The translations under genes were made by a program, and so were the position numbers. A stretch of 64,000 nt of DNA from positions 4,849 through 68,848 of the forward strand of contig CAZKCG010000024.1 of assembly GCA_964551445.1 (NCBI GenBank), written 5' to 3'. This document shows, in pieces, positions 25,115-35,692 of this stretch. The stretch comes from an uncultured bacterium. GTDB taxonomy: Bacteria > Muiribacteriota > UBA9980. The notes under the pieces are model-generated. The model ran no database searches and was not told where the DNA came from. It saw nothing but the letters and a program-made list of their open reading frames with translations. Position 1 is the stretch's first letter; the number at the start of each line of letters is the position of its first letter.

Positions 25115-27004
25115 TTATTTGTTCTTAATGAGAGCGACCTTCAGTTTCTCGAAATTTTTTCCTTCCGAGCTTAATATGATGCTTTTGATTATGTCCAGCT
25201 GTATCTGGACGCTTATGTCGTATTTATAATCGGTTTCATGGAATTTACTGATGAGGTGGGCTATGACCTTGTAAGCGTTGTTAAGCGTTTCTTTTTCGAA
25301 TCCGTTCAGATTTTTCAACAGAAATATAACGGTCCTGCAGTTGCCGATCTTGAGAAATGAAGCGACGACAAGCCTTCGTATCTCGTCGTTATGGCACTCC
25401 TTGAAAAGCCTGTTCAAAAGGTCGACCTTCGAGGAAAGGCCGAACTGGCAGAGCATATAAACTCCGAGTTTCTGTTCTTCATCGCCGGAGTCGTCCGATA
25501 TCATCTGTTCTATCGCGGCGTAAACGTTAAGGTTCGGATACTTATTCAGGGCGGCCGAAACCGTCGCCGATATCTGCTGGTTTTCAAACTTACAATTTTT
25601 AACGATCCTGTCCTTGATCTTTTCGTCGTTCAAGCTCTGCAGGCAGTCTATCGTCGCGCCCCGCAGGCGGAGAGAATCGGTTGAAAGATATTGCTGCGTG
25701 AGAAAATTAGCGAAGCGGGGCAGATTTAATTTTCCGATCTGGTCTATGGCGTATGTCTTTACGTATTCAGACCTGTCGTTCTGCAGAAGGAACATTATGC
25801 ATTCTTCGGCTTTTGCCTTGAAGTTTCTTACGATAAGATCGAGCGCCATCGTCCTTATCTTTTCGTCGCTGTTCTTTAATAACGGCATCAGGTCGTTTTC
25901 CAGGCTGAGCCGCTCGATCCGCCCCAGCGCGATCATGGAAAGATGGCATATCACCGGATCCGCGTTCGTAAGATTCTGTTTGATCCTTTCGTACGGAAGG
26001 TTCTCGCCGACCCTGTAAACGCGGATGAGCTGTTTTTTACCTTTCAATTCTATTTCGCCCAGATCTATCAGGGTGAAAACGTATTTCGCCGACCTTGCGA
26101 CGCTTTCCGAAATTACTATCTCGCCGCCTTTCGCTATGGTCTGAAGCCGCGACGACACGTTGACGTTGTCGCCTATGACCGTATATTCCATGCGTTTTTC
26201 AGATCCGATATTACCGGCTATCACCTGGCCGGAATTTATGCCTATGCCTATTTCAATGCTTATGCCGTATTTTTTAGTGAACTTATTGTTGAAATCGCGA
26301 AGGTTCCTGTTCATTTCCAGGCCGGTTATTATGGCCATTATTTCGGCGTTCTCGCAGAGCGTCGGAGCGTTATAGAGTATCATCATGGCGTCGCCGATGA
26401 ATTTATTGATGACGCCGCGGTTCTTTAAAACGATGTCGATCATCTGATCGAAATACATGTTGAGGATGTTGAAAAGGTCCTTCGGTTCAATAGTTTCAGA
26501 AACCGTCGTAAAACCTCTGATGTCGGAAAAAAGTATGGTGACGTTCCTGTAGTCGGCGAGCGCCTGCCCGAGATTTTCGGTCAGCACTTCGTCGGCGATG
26601 TAATCGCTTATATATCTTGAGAACGTCGATTTCATTTTTTCGCGCTCATTGAAAACTTTCGAGAAGGTGATAAAGCTTTTCTGCAGTTCGCCTATTTCGT
26701 CGCGTCTTGCCGGATCCGTCTTCACGCCCGTGTTGCCTTTTGAAAGCTCGCGCGCCATGTCTGAAAGGGCTTTTATGGGCCTCATAACGCTCGCGCCGAG
26801 GAAAAAAGCTCCCGCGGTTATCATGATAAAAGAGGCGCCGCAAAATCCGTAAGCGTAGGCGGATATCTCCGCGAAAGCCGCGGAACTTATGCCTGTGTAT
26901 GCAAGGACGGACACGGCCGCGAGCAGCAGCATATACGGCAGCAGCACGAATATGAAAAAATTCTGAAAAAATTCGTATATGAAACTGTCTTTTTTAAATA
27001 TCAT
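25115..27004 (-). CDS. Membrane class III adenylate cyclase (2 TM-HAMP-cyclase) with C-terminal HEAT repeats
   Basis: HAMP (RPIKAL...DEIGEL); TILFSDIRGFT, KFIGDA, EYTVIGDNVNVSSRL (Lys/Thr ATP-specifying residues); HEAT-like tail. Confidence 0.85.
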   Translation of the reverse strand: MIFKKDSFIYEFFQNFFIFVLLPYMLLLAAVSVLAYTGISSAAFAEISAYAYGFCGASFIMITAGAFFLGASVMRPIKALSDMARELSKGNTGVKTDPARRDEIGELQKSFITFSKVFNEREKMKSTFSRYISDYIADEVLTENLGQALADYRNVTILFSDIRGFTTVSETIEPKDLFNILNMYFDQMIDIVLKNRGVINKFIGDAMMILYNAPTLCENAEIMAIITGLEMNRNLRDFNNKFTKKYGISIEIGIGINSGQVIAGNIGSEKRMEYTVIGDNVNVSSRLQTIAKGGEIVISESVARSAKYVFTLIDLGEIELKGKKQLIRVYRVGENLPYERIKQNLTNADPVICHLSMIALGRIERLSLENDLMPLLKNSDEKIRTMALDLIVRNFKAKAEECIMFLLQNDRSEYVKTYAIDQIGKLNLPRFANFLTQQYLSTDSLRLRGATIDCLQSLNDEKIKDRIVKNCKFENQQISATVSAALNKYPNLNVYAAIEQMISDDSGDEEQKLGVYMLCQFGLSSKVDLLNRLFKECHNDEIRRLVVASFLKIGNCRTVIFLLKNLNGFEKETLNNAYKVIAHLISKFHETDYKYDISVQIQLDIIKSIILSSEGKNFEKLKVALIKNK

Positions 27005-27078
27005 AATTATAAAATCCGCTGCCGTGCGCTACGCGCCTGAATGAAAAAATAACGGCCCCGCCCATGAAGCGGGCCGGA

Positions 27079-29676
27079 TCAAAGCTCGAAAAGAGACCAT
27101 ACGGGGTCTTTGATGATCTTTATCTTGCGGTCGTATTTGAATTCGAATTTTCCGTAATAAGCGTTAGCGGGCTTGATCTTCGACGGAAGTATATAGGTCG
27201 ATCCGGCCTGGACGAGGCTTGTGGGAAGGTTTTTCTTTACGCTGTTGCCGGCGTCTATTATAATGTCGAAGGCCACGGCTTTTGAAAGCGATTCGCGGGT
27301 GTAGTCGGTTTCGTTATGCGAAAGCGCTATGAGGATATTATAATCGGACGGCTTCAGATTTTCCGGCAGGCATATTTTTTCGGCCATTTTAACCGGGTCC
27401 TTGAAGGCGTAATTCTTCGAAATGGCGGAAGGCAGCTTCGGGCCTATCGCCGCGTCCGTGAATCCGAGAACGCAGAATTTAAGGCCGCCGGCGGTTATGA
27501 AAACTTTTTGTTTTAAATATTCGGGCGGCTCGCCGTTCTTTATTGAAAAAACATGCGAACATACGACTGGAGGCTTGAATTTTTTCGAGACCGGCTCGAG
27601 AAAGTTGAAGCAGAATCCCATGTCTTTGCCGCCTAACGATATGGCCGAATAATTCATTTCGTTCAAAAGGTTGAAGGCGTCCTCGGAGTTCGCGGAAGCT
27701 ATCTCGGTATTTTCAAAGGCGCTGTTTCCAATGTCGAATAAAAGAACCGCCGAATTGGTCTTTTCGGCTTCAGAACGGTGCTGTTCGACGGCCTGTTTTA
27801 ATTTTGTCACCGCCGCGGCTTTTTTGGAGGGGCCTGCGATCTCGTAAAGGTTGGACGTGTATAATATCGTGATTTTCTGTTCGTTCGGCGTTTTAAAAGG
27901 GTTTATGGAAGATACCGTCTGGGTGAAGGTTTGAGAGACGTTGATGGTTGAGATATAGTCCCACGCGAAATATCCGACCGTCATGATAAGAACGATCAGC
28001 GCCACGTTCATTATCGCTGACGAATTGATATCCAGCCAGCGTTTAAGGTCCTTCGCCGAAAACCCTTCTTCTTTTTTCTTCTTTGAAAGAAGATTGACGT
28101 CGGAGAGGTTGTCGTTGTAAGCTACGTCCAGCTGATCGAGAACGGTTTTGGAAAAAATGTATTCGGCCGACTTGGATATGTTCTTCGAGCCGATCCCCAG
28201 TTCGTTCAAAAGCTTTTTAGCGTTGAGATCGTTGAGGTCGTTGCCCAGAAAGTCCAGAGCGGACATCGCCCTCTCTTTGATCTCCTCGTCAGTGTTTTTA
28301 ACCAGGTCTTTTAAAAGCTCTATCGTGTCGCCCTTTATCTGGATGATCGAATATATGGCGGATGTGACCATGAGCTTGTCGCTGCTTTTTATCATTTCGT
28401 TTATCAGCGTGACATGGTCGATGTTCGGGTATTTTTTCAGGGCTACGATGGCGTTAGCGCGGACGCGGTTGTTGGCGTCCTTTAGAAGCGGCTTCATAAG
28501 AGACAGAAGATCCACGCCTTCGAGTTCGCCGAGAACTTCGACGGTGTTGGCCCGGATCCGGGGGTTTTCATGCGAGAGGAATTTTTTCAGCGTCGATATA
28601 TTGCGCGTTCCCTGGACTTTAGAGCACGCCGTTATGGCGTATGCAAGAACGTATTCGTCCTTCTCGCTTTTCAGCAGCGCAGAAAGTTCGGCGACAACCT
28701 TCGGATCCGCCGGGGTCGAGAGCATATCCCTTATATGCTCTATTTTTTTCTCGCTTTCGCTTTTTTCCGGGACGCTCTGTGAAAGGACCTCCGCCGCCGG
28801 ATCGGGCATCGATATGTTATGCGCCAGTTCTTCGATGGATATGTCGGAAGCGCCTGAAGAATTTATCGATTTTATCGCCGCTTCGGCCTTTTTCGCTATG
28901 GTCTGGTTCTTATGGCTTCTTATCTGTTCAAGCAGCGGAAGGACCTTTTTGGATTTGAATCCGGCGAGAACGAAAATAGCCGAATCGACCATCGCGTCCG
29001 ACGGAAACTTGATCATTTCCTCTAAAAGCGCGAGCGCCCTTTCGACATCGTATTTTTTTAGATATTCGATTATGTTCGCGGTTATCCTGTTATCCTGGGA
29101 TTGAGCGCCTAAAAGCGAAACGACGTAAGGAAAGGACCTTTCGTCCCCGAGCATCGCGAGGGCTTCTATGGCGTTGGCGACGATCCTGTAATCGGCGTTC
29201 TTGAGATATTTTAAAATGATATTGGTGCAGCTTTTATCGCCGGTTGCGCCTAACGATTTTATTATGGTCGCGACCACGTTCTCGTCGGCCTCTATCAGGA
29301 GCCGGCGCATTAAAAATTCGAGGTTTCCCTCGATCTTGTATTTTATGGCGGCGCGCACCGCTTTCATTCTGTCTTCGGGATTTTCGGATTCGCTAAGCTC
29401 GAATATTTTATCGCGGACGGCCTTCGCTCTTATGGCGGCTTCATCGCTCGCGCCGCTTTCAATGGTCTCTTCGCGGTTCTCTTCGCTAAGGGATTCGAGG
29501 AATGAAAAAGCTTTACGGGCATAATAGCGGACGTTAAGGCTTTCATCGGACGCCGCCATTTTCTTGAGGATGCCCGAAAATTCGCCGCGCTTGTTTTTGA
29601 CTATGAAATATATGACCTTTATCCTGTCGTTCTCGAACGGCGAGGATAGAAGGTATTCAAGGTTTTGTGAACTCAT
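27079..29676 (-). CDS. HEAT-repeat membrane protein with C-terminal degenerate 5'-nucleotidase-like metallophosphoesterase domain
   Basis: Many HEAT_2 repeats (RIRANTVEVLG, RVRANAIVAL); single TM; C-terminal ITILYTSNL / LLFDIGN / ISLGGKD pattern in place of TNDxH / DxGD / GNHE. Confidence 0.7.
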   Translation of the reverse strand: MSSQNLEYLLSSPFENDRIKVIYFIVKNKRGEFSGILKKMAASDESLNVRYYARKAFSFLESLSEENREETIESGASDEAAIRAKAVRDKIFELSESENPEDRMKAVRAAIKYKIEGNLEFLMRRLLIEADENVVATIIKSLGATGDKSCTNIILKYLKNADYRIVANAIEALAMLGDERSFPYVVSLLGAQSQDNRITANIIEYLKKYDVERALALLEEMIKFPSDAMVDSAIFVLAGFKSKKVLPLLEQIRSHKNQTIAKKAEAAIKSINSSGASDISIEELAHNISMPDPAAEVLSQSVPEKSESEKKIEHIRDMLSTPADPKVVAELSALLKSEKDEYVLAYAITACSKVQGTRNISTLKKFLSHENPRIRANTVEVLGELEGVDLLSLMKPLLKDANNRVRANAIVALKKYPNIDHVTLINEMIKSSDKLMVTSAIYSIIQIKGDTIELLKDLVKNTDEEIKERAMSALDFLGNDLNDLNAKKLLNELGIGSKNISKSAEYIFSKTVLDQLDVAYNDNLSDVNLLSKKKKEEGFSAKDLKRWLDINSSAIMNVALIVLIMTVGYFAWDYISTINVSQTFTQTVSSINPFKTPNEQKITILYTSNLYEIAGPSKKAAAVTKLKQAVEQHRSEAEKTNSAVLLFDIGNSAFENTEIASANSEDAFNLLNEMNYSAISLGGKDMGFCFNFLEPVSKKFKPPVVCSHVFSIKNGEPPEYLKQKVFITAGGLKFCVLGFTDAAIGPKLPSAISKNYAFKDPVKMAEKICLPENLKPSDYNILIALSHNETDYTRESLSKAVAFDIIIDAGNSVKKNLPTSLVQAGSTYILPSKIKPANAYYGKFEFKYDRKIKIIKDPVWSLFEL

Positions 29677-29723
29677 TGCGCCTTCGTCCGTCTCATTTGA
29701 TTTTTACTTTATTCAATTCGTAT

Positions 29724-29752
29724 ATTTTAATGATAATCAGCTTAACTGTCAA
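29724..29752 (-). promoter_or_regulatory. Sigma70 promoter (divergent pair, minus)
   Basis: TTGACA-17 nt-TAAAAT. Confidence 0.65.
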
Positions 29753-29778
29753 GAAAAATTAATTAATCTTGAAATTAC

Positions 29779-29807
29779 TTGACATATAATGGTTAAAGTT
29801 ATAAGAT
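29779..29807 (+). promoter_or_regulatory. Sigma70 promoter (divergent pair, plus)
   Basis: TTGACA-17 nt-TAAGAT. Confidence 0.6.
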
Positions 29808-29841
29808 AATTATACGACAATTTTTATGAAGTATTCAACTT

Positions 29842-32592
29842 ATGTACAATCTTTTGAAAGATCAGCTCGACTATATATTTTTTTTCTACGGTCTGAGCTT
29901 TATATTTTTATTCGCCGTCTGCCGCGTTCTGGGCAGGGCGGAGCCTAAGTCGGCCTGGCGCTGGCTTGGTTACTTTGGTCTGGTCCACGGAATAAACGAA
30001 TGGCTCGATCTTGTCTCTTTCAGCTTGTTTGAAAGCCCCGTTTTCAGTCTTATAAGGTTTTTTTTCCTGTCGGTCTCATTTATTTTTCTCATCGAGTTCG
30101 GAAGGCGGACATTTATAACCGAGGATAACGGCTATGCCGGAATTCTTATCTATTTTCCGCTTTTAATGCTTACCGGAACGGGAGGTTTTTACGGCCTTGG
30201 CGGGCTTTCCATAACCGTACGGTATTTTCTGGGATTTTCCGGCGGCGTCCTTTCGGCATACGGTTTATTCAGGTCCGCTTCCGCGGAAAAAGGTTTCGCC
30301 CGTAAAAATCTGCTTATATGTTCGGCCTCTTTTTTATTATATTCGATCGCGAGCGGGATCTTCGTTAAAAGCGCGCCCTTTTTCCCCGCGTCTTTTATCA
30401 ATCAGGAATTATTCGCCGATCTGACCGGTTTTCCGGTACAATTCCTGCGCGCCGCACTCGCATGCGCCGTTACCGTTTCACTCTGGAATTACTATAATAT
30501 AAAGCGCTTCGGCTATGAAGACGAATTGTACACGGCTAATATTTTTCATTTAAAGTGGGGGTTATCGGTAGTTTTTGCGGCGGTTATACTCGGCTGGGGA
30601 TTGACCAGTTACATCGGAAGCGAAGCTCATAAAAATTTGAGATACAGCTGCGAGACGGAGACTGTGCTTCTGGCTAACCGTATCGGCGGTTATCTTCTCG
30701 GGTCGGAGATATCGATAAAAACGCTCTCGATCTCGCCGCATCTTGTCTCCGCGCTTGAATCGCCGGACGCCGCGAATATAGAAAAGGCGAATATCACTCT
30801 TGACGCGTATAACGCCGCGTTAAAAGACGCCGTTTGTTATCTTCTCAACCGCGACGGGACCGTCATCGCGTCTTCGAACCGCGATGCCGCGGATAGTTTT
30901 GTAGGCAAGTCATATTCCTTCAGGCCGTATTTCAAAAACGCCATGGCTAAAAAAATGGCGACGTATTTCGCGCGCGGAGTTACTTCTAATAAGCGCGGCT
31001 ATTACGCGGCCATGCCGGTTAACGACGGGACCGGAACGGTTATCGGCGTGGCCTGCGTAAAGCGGAACATCGACGAGGTCGAAAAAGATTTTTCGAGATA
31101 TGAGAACTGTTTTTTAATAAATCCCGAAGGCATAATTTTCGCTTCAAGCAACGTTTCGGTTCTTTTCAGATCTCTCTGGCCGCTTGGTGTTTCGGATAAA
31201 GAAGCGCTTACAAGGGCGGGGCAGTTCGAGAAAATAATTTTTGAGCCGCTTCTGGGCGCGGAGCCGAAAAACAACAGTTACGTGGACCAGGGCGGCAGGC
31301 GGTTATGGGCGACCCGCCAATTTATCAACGATGAAAAATGGTCCGCCGTGGTTTTTTATTCGACGGTCGAGATCGGCGCTTACAGGCTTTTCAGCATAAT
31401 TATAATCTGCTCGCTTTGCATAATCGTAATAAGTTCCGTGACGTGGCTTCAGCTGGTCGAAGAGGCGTCCTTCAAAAACCTTCTAGAACAGAGGCGGCAC
31501 GCGGAAAAGCTTTTAGCCAGCGAACAGTATAACCGCGCGCTCATCGAGAATACTTCGGACATGATAACGCTCATTGATGAAACAGGCGTAATAACTTATC
31601 AGAGCCCTTCCGTTGAAAAAATACTGGGCCATAAACCGGAGGAAATGAAGGGCAATCTTCTGTTGAGCTTTGCTCATGAACAGGACCTGGCGCCTTTAAC
31701 GAAACTGCTGAATGAGGAAGTTTTTCCATTGTGCGGCGACGCGGTCCAGACCACTTACCGTATGAAACATAAGAACGGAAGTTACCGCGATATCGAAAGC
31801 GTATTTAAAAACCTTATGAATTTTGAACCGGTAAAAGGCATAACCATAAATTCCCGCGATATCACTGAACGCATAAAAATGGAACAGGAATATCTGAAGG
31901 AATCGAAGCTTGAATCGCTGGGTGTTTTAGCGGGCGGCATAGCTCATGATTTTAATAACGTATTGATGGGAATAGTCACTAATATCGGCCTTGTAAAAAA
32001 GCGGCTGGGCCCGTCCGAAAAAAATTTCGAGATACTTCAGCGCGCCGAGGACGCGGCTTACAGCGCTAAAAACATCACTTCGCAGTTCATCACTTTCGCG
32101 AAAGGCGGAGTTCCGGTCAAAAAAATAGTGGAGATGCCGGAATTCCTCAAAACTACGGCTAACCTAGTCACCGGCGGATCCAGCGCGACCTGTGAATTTG
32201 AAAAAGATGGAGAGCGCCTCGCCGCCGAGGTGGATGAGGTCCAGATGAGCCAGGTTTTCACTAACATTATTATCAACGCTATCCAGGCGATGCGCGACGG
32301 CGGCGTCATAAAGATAAAAACCGCCCGTTTAAGGCTTGAAAAGCGGAATTCATTCAATCTCGTTCCGGGAGATTATATAAAAATTTCCGTAAAAGACGCA
32401 GGCTGCGGGATCGAGCCTAAAATGCTCGATAAGATCTTCGACCCTTACGTTTCGACCAAAGCTGACGGGAACGGGCTCGGGCTCGCGTCGGCGTTCTCGA
32501 TAGTTAAAAATCATGGCGGCGCCATAACGGTAGAATCCAAACTTCGATCAGGGTCTACTTTCGAAGTTTATCTTCCGGCGGCCGCGGCATAA
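29842..32592 (+). CDS. Multi-TM sensor histidine kinase (membrane domain, Cache, PAS, HisKA, HATPase)
   Basis: YSFRPYF Cache motif; PAS; AGGIAHDFNN H-box; NAIQAM, DAGCGI, GNGLGL. Confidence 0.88.
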   Translation: MYNLLKDQLDYIFFFYGLSFIFLFAVCRVLGRAEPKSAWRWLGYFGLVHGINEWLDLVSFSLFESPVFSLIRFFFLSVSFIFLIEFGRRTFITEDNGYAGILIYFPLLMLTGTGGFYGLGGLSITVRYFLGFSGGVLSAYGLFRSASAEKGFARKNLLICSASFLLYSIASGIFVKSAPFFPASFINQELFADLTGFPVQFLRAALACAVTVSLWNYYNIKRFGYEDELYTANIFHLKWGLSVVFAAVILGWGLTSYIGSEAHKNLRYSCETETVLLANRIGGYLLGSEISIKTLSISPHLVSALESPDAANIEKANITLDAYNAALKDAVCYLLNRDGTVIASSNRDAADSFVGKSYSFRPYFKNAMAKKMATYFARGVTSNKRGYYAAMPVNDGTGTVIGVACVKRNIDEVEKDFSRYENCFLINPEGIIFASSNVSVLFRSLWPLGVSDKEALTRAGQFEKIIFEPLLGAEPKNNSYVDQGGRRLWATRQFINDEKWSAVVFYSTVEIGAYRLFSIIIICSLCIIVISSVTWLQLVEEASFKNLLEQRRHAEKLLASEQYNRALIENTSDMITLIDETGVITYQSPSVEKILGHKPEEMKGNLLLSFAHEQDLAPLTKLLNEEVFPLCGDAVQTTYRMKHKNGSYRDIESVFKNLMNFEPVKGITINSRDITERIKMEQEYLKESKLESLGVLAGGIAHDFNNVLMGIVTNIGLVKKRLGPSEKNFEILQRAEDAAYSAKNITSQFITFAKGGVPVKKIVEMPEFLKTTANLVTGGSSATCEFEKDGERLAAEVDEVQMSQVFTNIIINAIQAMRDGGVIKIKTARLRLEKRNSFNLVPGDYIKISVKDAGCGIEPKMLDKIFDPYVSTKADGNGLGLASAFSIVKNHGGAITVESKLRSGSTFEVYLPAAAA

Positions 32593-32639
32593 CAATTTTT
32601 ATTGTATTTACTGCCGTTAAGTGATAAAATATATTTCCT

Positions 32640-33296
32640 ATGCTGAAAGTTATAATTTACGGTTTTTTTTACGGCTTAATGATAGCTCTGCCGATCGGAC
32701 CGGCGTGCATCGAACTTTTAAGAAGGGGCCTGCATGACGGGTTTAAGCCGGCCTTCGAAGTTGGTATAGGCGCGGCGCTTTCCGATTCATTCCTATGCCT
32801 TCTTGTATATTTCGGCATAGTTAAATTCCTTCTGCTGTCAAAACTTATAAATATCCTGCTGGGGCTTTTATGTTCGGCGGTTATGATCATGCTTGGCGTT
32901 TCCGGGTTTAAAGCGCTTTTCAACAAAAAAAACGATATGATGAAACGGCTTAAATATTCGGGTTCTCACAAAAACCCTGTATTGATGGGTTTTTTGATAA
33001 ACACTTCAAACCCCATGGTGATCGGTTTCTGGGTCGTATTTCTCGGAGCGGTCTCATCTTATAGCGGCATAAAGGAATATTTAGAGCTTTATCCGCGCGC
33101 CGGAATTTTTCTTTTTTCATTTTCAGTATTTCTCGGTTCACTTTTATGGTTTTATTTCCTGAGCCACATCGTAATTAAAGGGAAAAAATATTTAACCGGT
33201 TTTGTTTTCGAGATCATTTCGTTCGTCTGTTCGACGATATTCATCCTTTTCGGTTTAGCTCTTATATATGGAGTTTTTAAAACTATATTTTTGTGA
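32640..33296 (+). CDS. LysE family translocator
   Basis: ALPIGPA..L.RGL..G...A..VG.GA..SD; NPMVI.FW. Confidence 0.8.
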   Translation: MLKVIIYGFFYGLMIALPIGPACIELLRRGLHDGFKPAFEVGIGAALSDSFLCLLVYFGIVKFLLLSKLINILLGLLCSAVMIMLGVSGFKALFNKKNDMMKRLKYSGSHKNPVLMGFLINTSNPMVIGFWVVFLGAVSSYSGIKEYLELYPRAGIFLFSFSVFLGSLLWFYFLSHIVIKGKKYLTGFVFEIISFVCSTIFILFGLALIYGVFKTIFL

Positions 33297-33313
33297 GGAG
33301 GGAGGCTGAAGCC

Positions 33314-33520
33314 ATGAGAACTCAAAATTATACCGTTGCTAAAATGGCGTGCGGCAATTGCTTCAATACGATAAAAAACGCGGTGTCGAAGATCGCCGGA
33401 GTCGTATCCGTTACGGCCGATATAGAGGCTAAAACGGTAAGCGTGCAATACGATGAAACGATAGTCGCAATCGACGCCGTAGCCGAAAAAATGAAAAAAA
33501 TAGGCTTTCCGCCGGTTTAA
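33314..33520 (+). CDS. copZ: Copper chaperone (HMA domain)
   Basis: MACGNC metal-binding motif; ATG 33314 after GGAGG; directly upstream of a P1B ATPase. Confidence 0.8.
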   Translation: MRTQNYTVAKMACGNCFNTIKNAVSKIAGVVSVTADIEAKTVSVQYDETIVAIDAVAEKMKKIGFPPV

Positions 33521-33532
33521 AAGAAAGGCAAC

Positions 33533-35692
33533 ATGCTTAGCGTAATTAATTTGAACATAACCGGAATGTCCTGCGTCAACTGCTCGAATTCGATCGAATC
33601 CTATCTTTCTTCGACGGACGGCGTAAGCTCCGTTTCCGTGAATTTTTCGACCGGCTCGGGCCGCGTCTCTTATGACGGCGCGAAGATAAAACCGGCGGAA
33701 ATAATTTCTCTGATCGAGGAGCTCGGCTTCAAGGCGCAAGCCGTTGATGACGGCGCCGGATCATCTAAACACGGTGCCCGTCCCGTAAAATATTCGCCGG
33801 GGCCCGAATTGATCGTCGCCGTGATCTTCGCTATCCCTGTATTCATCCTCAACATGTTCTACTGCCATATTTCATGGGCGCCGAAGGTCATGGCGCTGCT
33901 TTCGCTTCCGGTGCTTTTATATTCCGGAATGGGTTTTCATAAAAAGACCGTTTCATATCTTGTTAAAAGGCTTCCGCTTACTATGGACGCGCTTGTGTCG
34001 GCGAGTTCTTTTTCTTCCTTTATTTTAAGCTGTTTCCTTTACTTCGTAAAAGGTTCGAACGAGCTTTATTTCGATTCGTCTACTTCCATAATCGCTATAA
34101 TCCTCGTAGGGAAATCCATTGAGGAACGAATCAGAACGAGCGCGCGATCGAGTCTTTCAGAGATAATAGAAGCCATGCCTTCCTTTTGTACCGTCAGAGA
34201 CGGCGCTTCCGAAAGGGAGACCGCCATTCGCGATGTGCTGGCAGGTGAGCTTGTAATAGTTAAACCGAACGGAAAAGTGCCGGTCGACGGCGTCATAATT
34301 TCAGGCGAAGGATTTATTGAAAGTTCGGCTATAACAGGTGAAAGTATTCCAGTTTACGCCCGCTCCGGCGACACGCTCTTCGCGGGATCGCAAAATCTCG
34401 ATTCGATCTTTGAGATCAGGGCCGCGTCTCCCGGCAGCCATTCCTACATAAACGGCATCGAGGAAATGCTGCGCGACGCGCTTTCTAAAAAGGCTGAAAT
34501 ACAAAAAACTGCCGATGTTATATCGTCTTATTTTGTTCCGGCTGTTTTTGCGCTTTCGGCTTTAACTTTTTTTTCGCAGGACTTTATTTTTAACAGCGGT
34601 TTTGAAAGCTCCGTCATCGCGGCTATTTCGGTTATCGCCATCGCATGTCCCTGCGCCCTGGGCCTTGCGCTTCCGGTGGCGTTTCTTTTTGGGACCAATC
34701 TTGGCGCAGGGCGCGGGATACTCTTTACCGATCCCGACTCGCTTGGAAAACTGAAGAATGTCAATTCCATTGTTTTTGATAAAACAGGCACGCTCACCAA
34801 AAACAGGCTCAGGATAGAAAAATATGAAATATCAGAGAATACTGATATTGATGAACGGCTTTTTTTACAGATAACTGGCTCGGTCCAGAGATATTCCGAC
34901 CATCCGATAGCGAGGGCTTTCATGGAATTTCTTAAAGGCCGGGCAATAAATTCGGAGCTTTCGGTGAGCGGTTACAAAACACACGGCGGGAAAGGCGTGT
35001 CCGCGACATGCCGCGGACACAAGGTCATCATAGGAAACGAGGAATTCGTGTGCGGTGAAAACCCAAAACACCCAAGGCCTGAAGTTTTTGAAGGCAAACC
35101 TTCGTTTTACGCGGCCGTCGGCCAGATGCCGGCGGCTTATTTTGAATTGTCCGAAGAGTTAAGCGAAGGCGCAGCCGAAACGGTCGCGGAGCTTAAGGCG
35201 CGCGGAGTTAAAGTTTACCTTTTGACGGGCGATCGCGAGGGCGCAGCCTTTGAGATCGCCGATCGCGTCGGCATAGCCCGTGAAAGCGTCAGGGCCGCAG
35301 TAAAACCTCATGAAAAAGCTGAATTTATAGACCGCCTCAAGGCGGCCGATCCGGCGGTCAATGTTTTGATGATAGGCGACGGAATAAATGACTCGCTTGC
35401 CATGGCGCGGGCTGATATCGCTATCGCAATGGCGGATGCGACGACGATAGCCAAAACCGCGGCGTCGATCATAATGACGCGGCACGGGCTTAAAAATGTC
35501 GTTACCGCGCTGGAACTTGGAAAAAAGATGCATCGCATCATTATCCAGAACTTTTTCTGGGCATTTTTTTATAATTTAATTCTTATTCCGTCGGCGATGG
35601 CGGGAAGGCTCAACCCCATGCAGGCCGCTTTCGCGATGATATTATCGTCTCTTTTCGTGGTTCTGAATTCGACGAGACTCAATAAACTATAA
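33533..35692 (+). CDS. copA: Cu(I)-translocating P1B-type ATPase
   Basis: GMSCVNC, TGES, ACPCALGLA, DKTGT, HP, GDGIND, YN and MxxSS motifs. Confidence 0.88.
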   Translation: MLSVINLNITGMSCVNCSNSIESYLSSTDGVSSVSVNFSTGSGRVSYDGAKIKPAEIISLIEELGFKAQAVDDGAGSSKHGARPVKYSPGPELIVAVIFAIPVFILNMFYCHISWAPKVMALLSLPVLLYSGMGFHKKTVSYLVKRLPLTMDALVSASSFSSFILSCFLYFVKGSNELYFDSSTSIIAIILVGKSIEERIRTSARSSLSEIIEAMPSFCTVRDGASERETAIRDVLAGELVIVKPNGKVPVDGVIISGEGFIESSAITGESIPVYARSGDTLFAGSQNLDSIFEIRAASPGSHSYINGIEEMLRDALSKKAEIQKTADVISSYFVPAVFALSALTFFSQDFIFNSGFESSVIAAISVIAIACPCALGLALPVAFLFGTNLGAGRGILFTDPDSLGKLKNVNSIVFDKTGTLTKNRLRIEKYEISENTDIDERLFLQITGSVQRYSDHPIARAFMEFLKGRAINSELSVSGYKTHGGKGVSATCRGHKVIIGNEEFVCGENPKHPRPEVFEGKPSFYAAVGQMPAAYFELSEELSEGAAETVAELKARGVKVYLLTGDREGAAFEIADRVGIARESVRAAVKPHEKAEFIDRLKAADPAVNVLMIGDGINDSLAMARADIAIAMADATTIAKTAASIIMTRHGLKNVVTALELGKKMHRIIIQNFFWAFFYNLILIPSAMAGRLNPMQAAFAMILSSLFVVLNSTRLNKL

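Noticed and set aside
28148-29104. 318-aa + strand ORF
   Set aside because: Antisense shadow of the HEAT-repeat gene; Ser-rich composition typical of reverse-frame artefacts.
33152-33739. 195-aa minus-strand ORF
   Set aside because: Overlaps lysE, copZ and copA antisense; no independent support.
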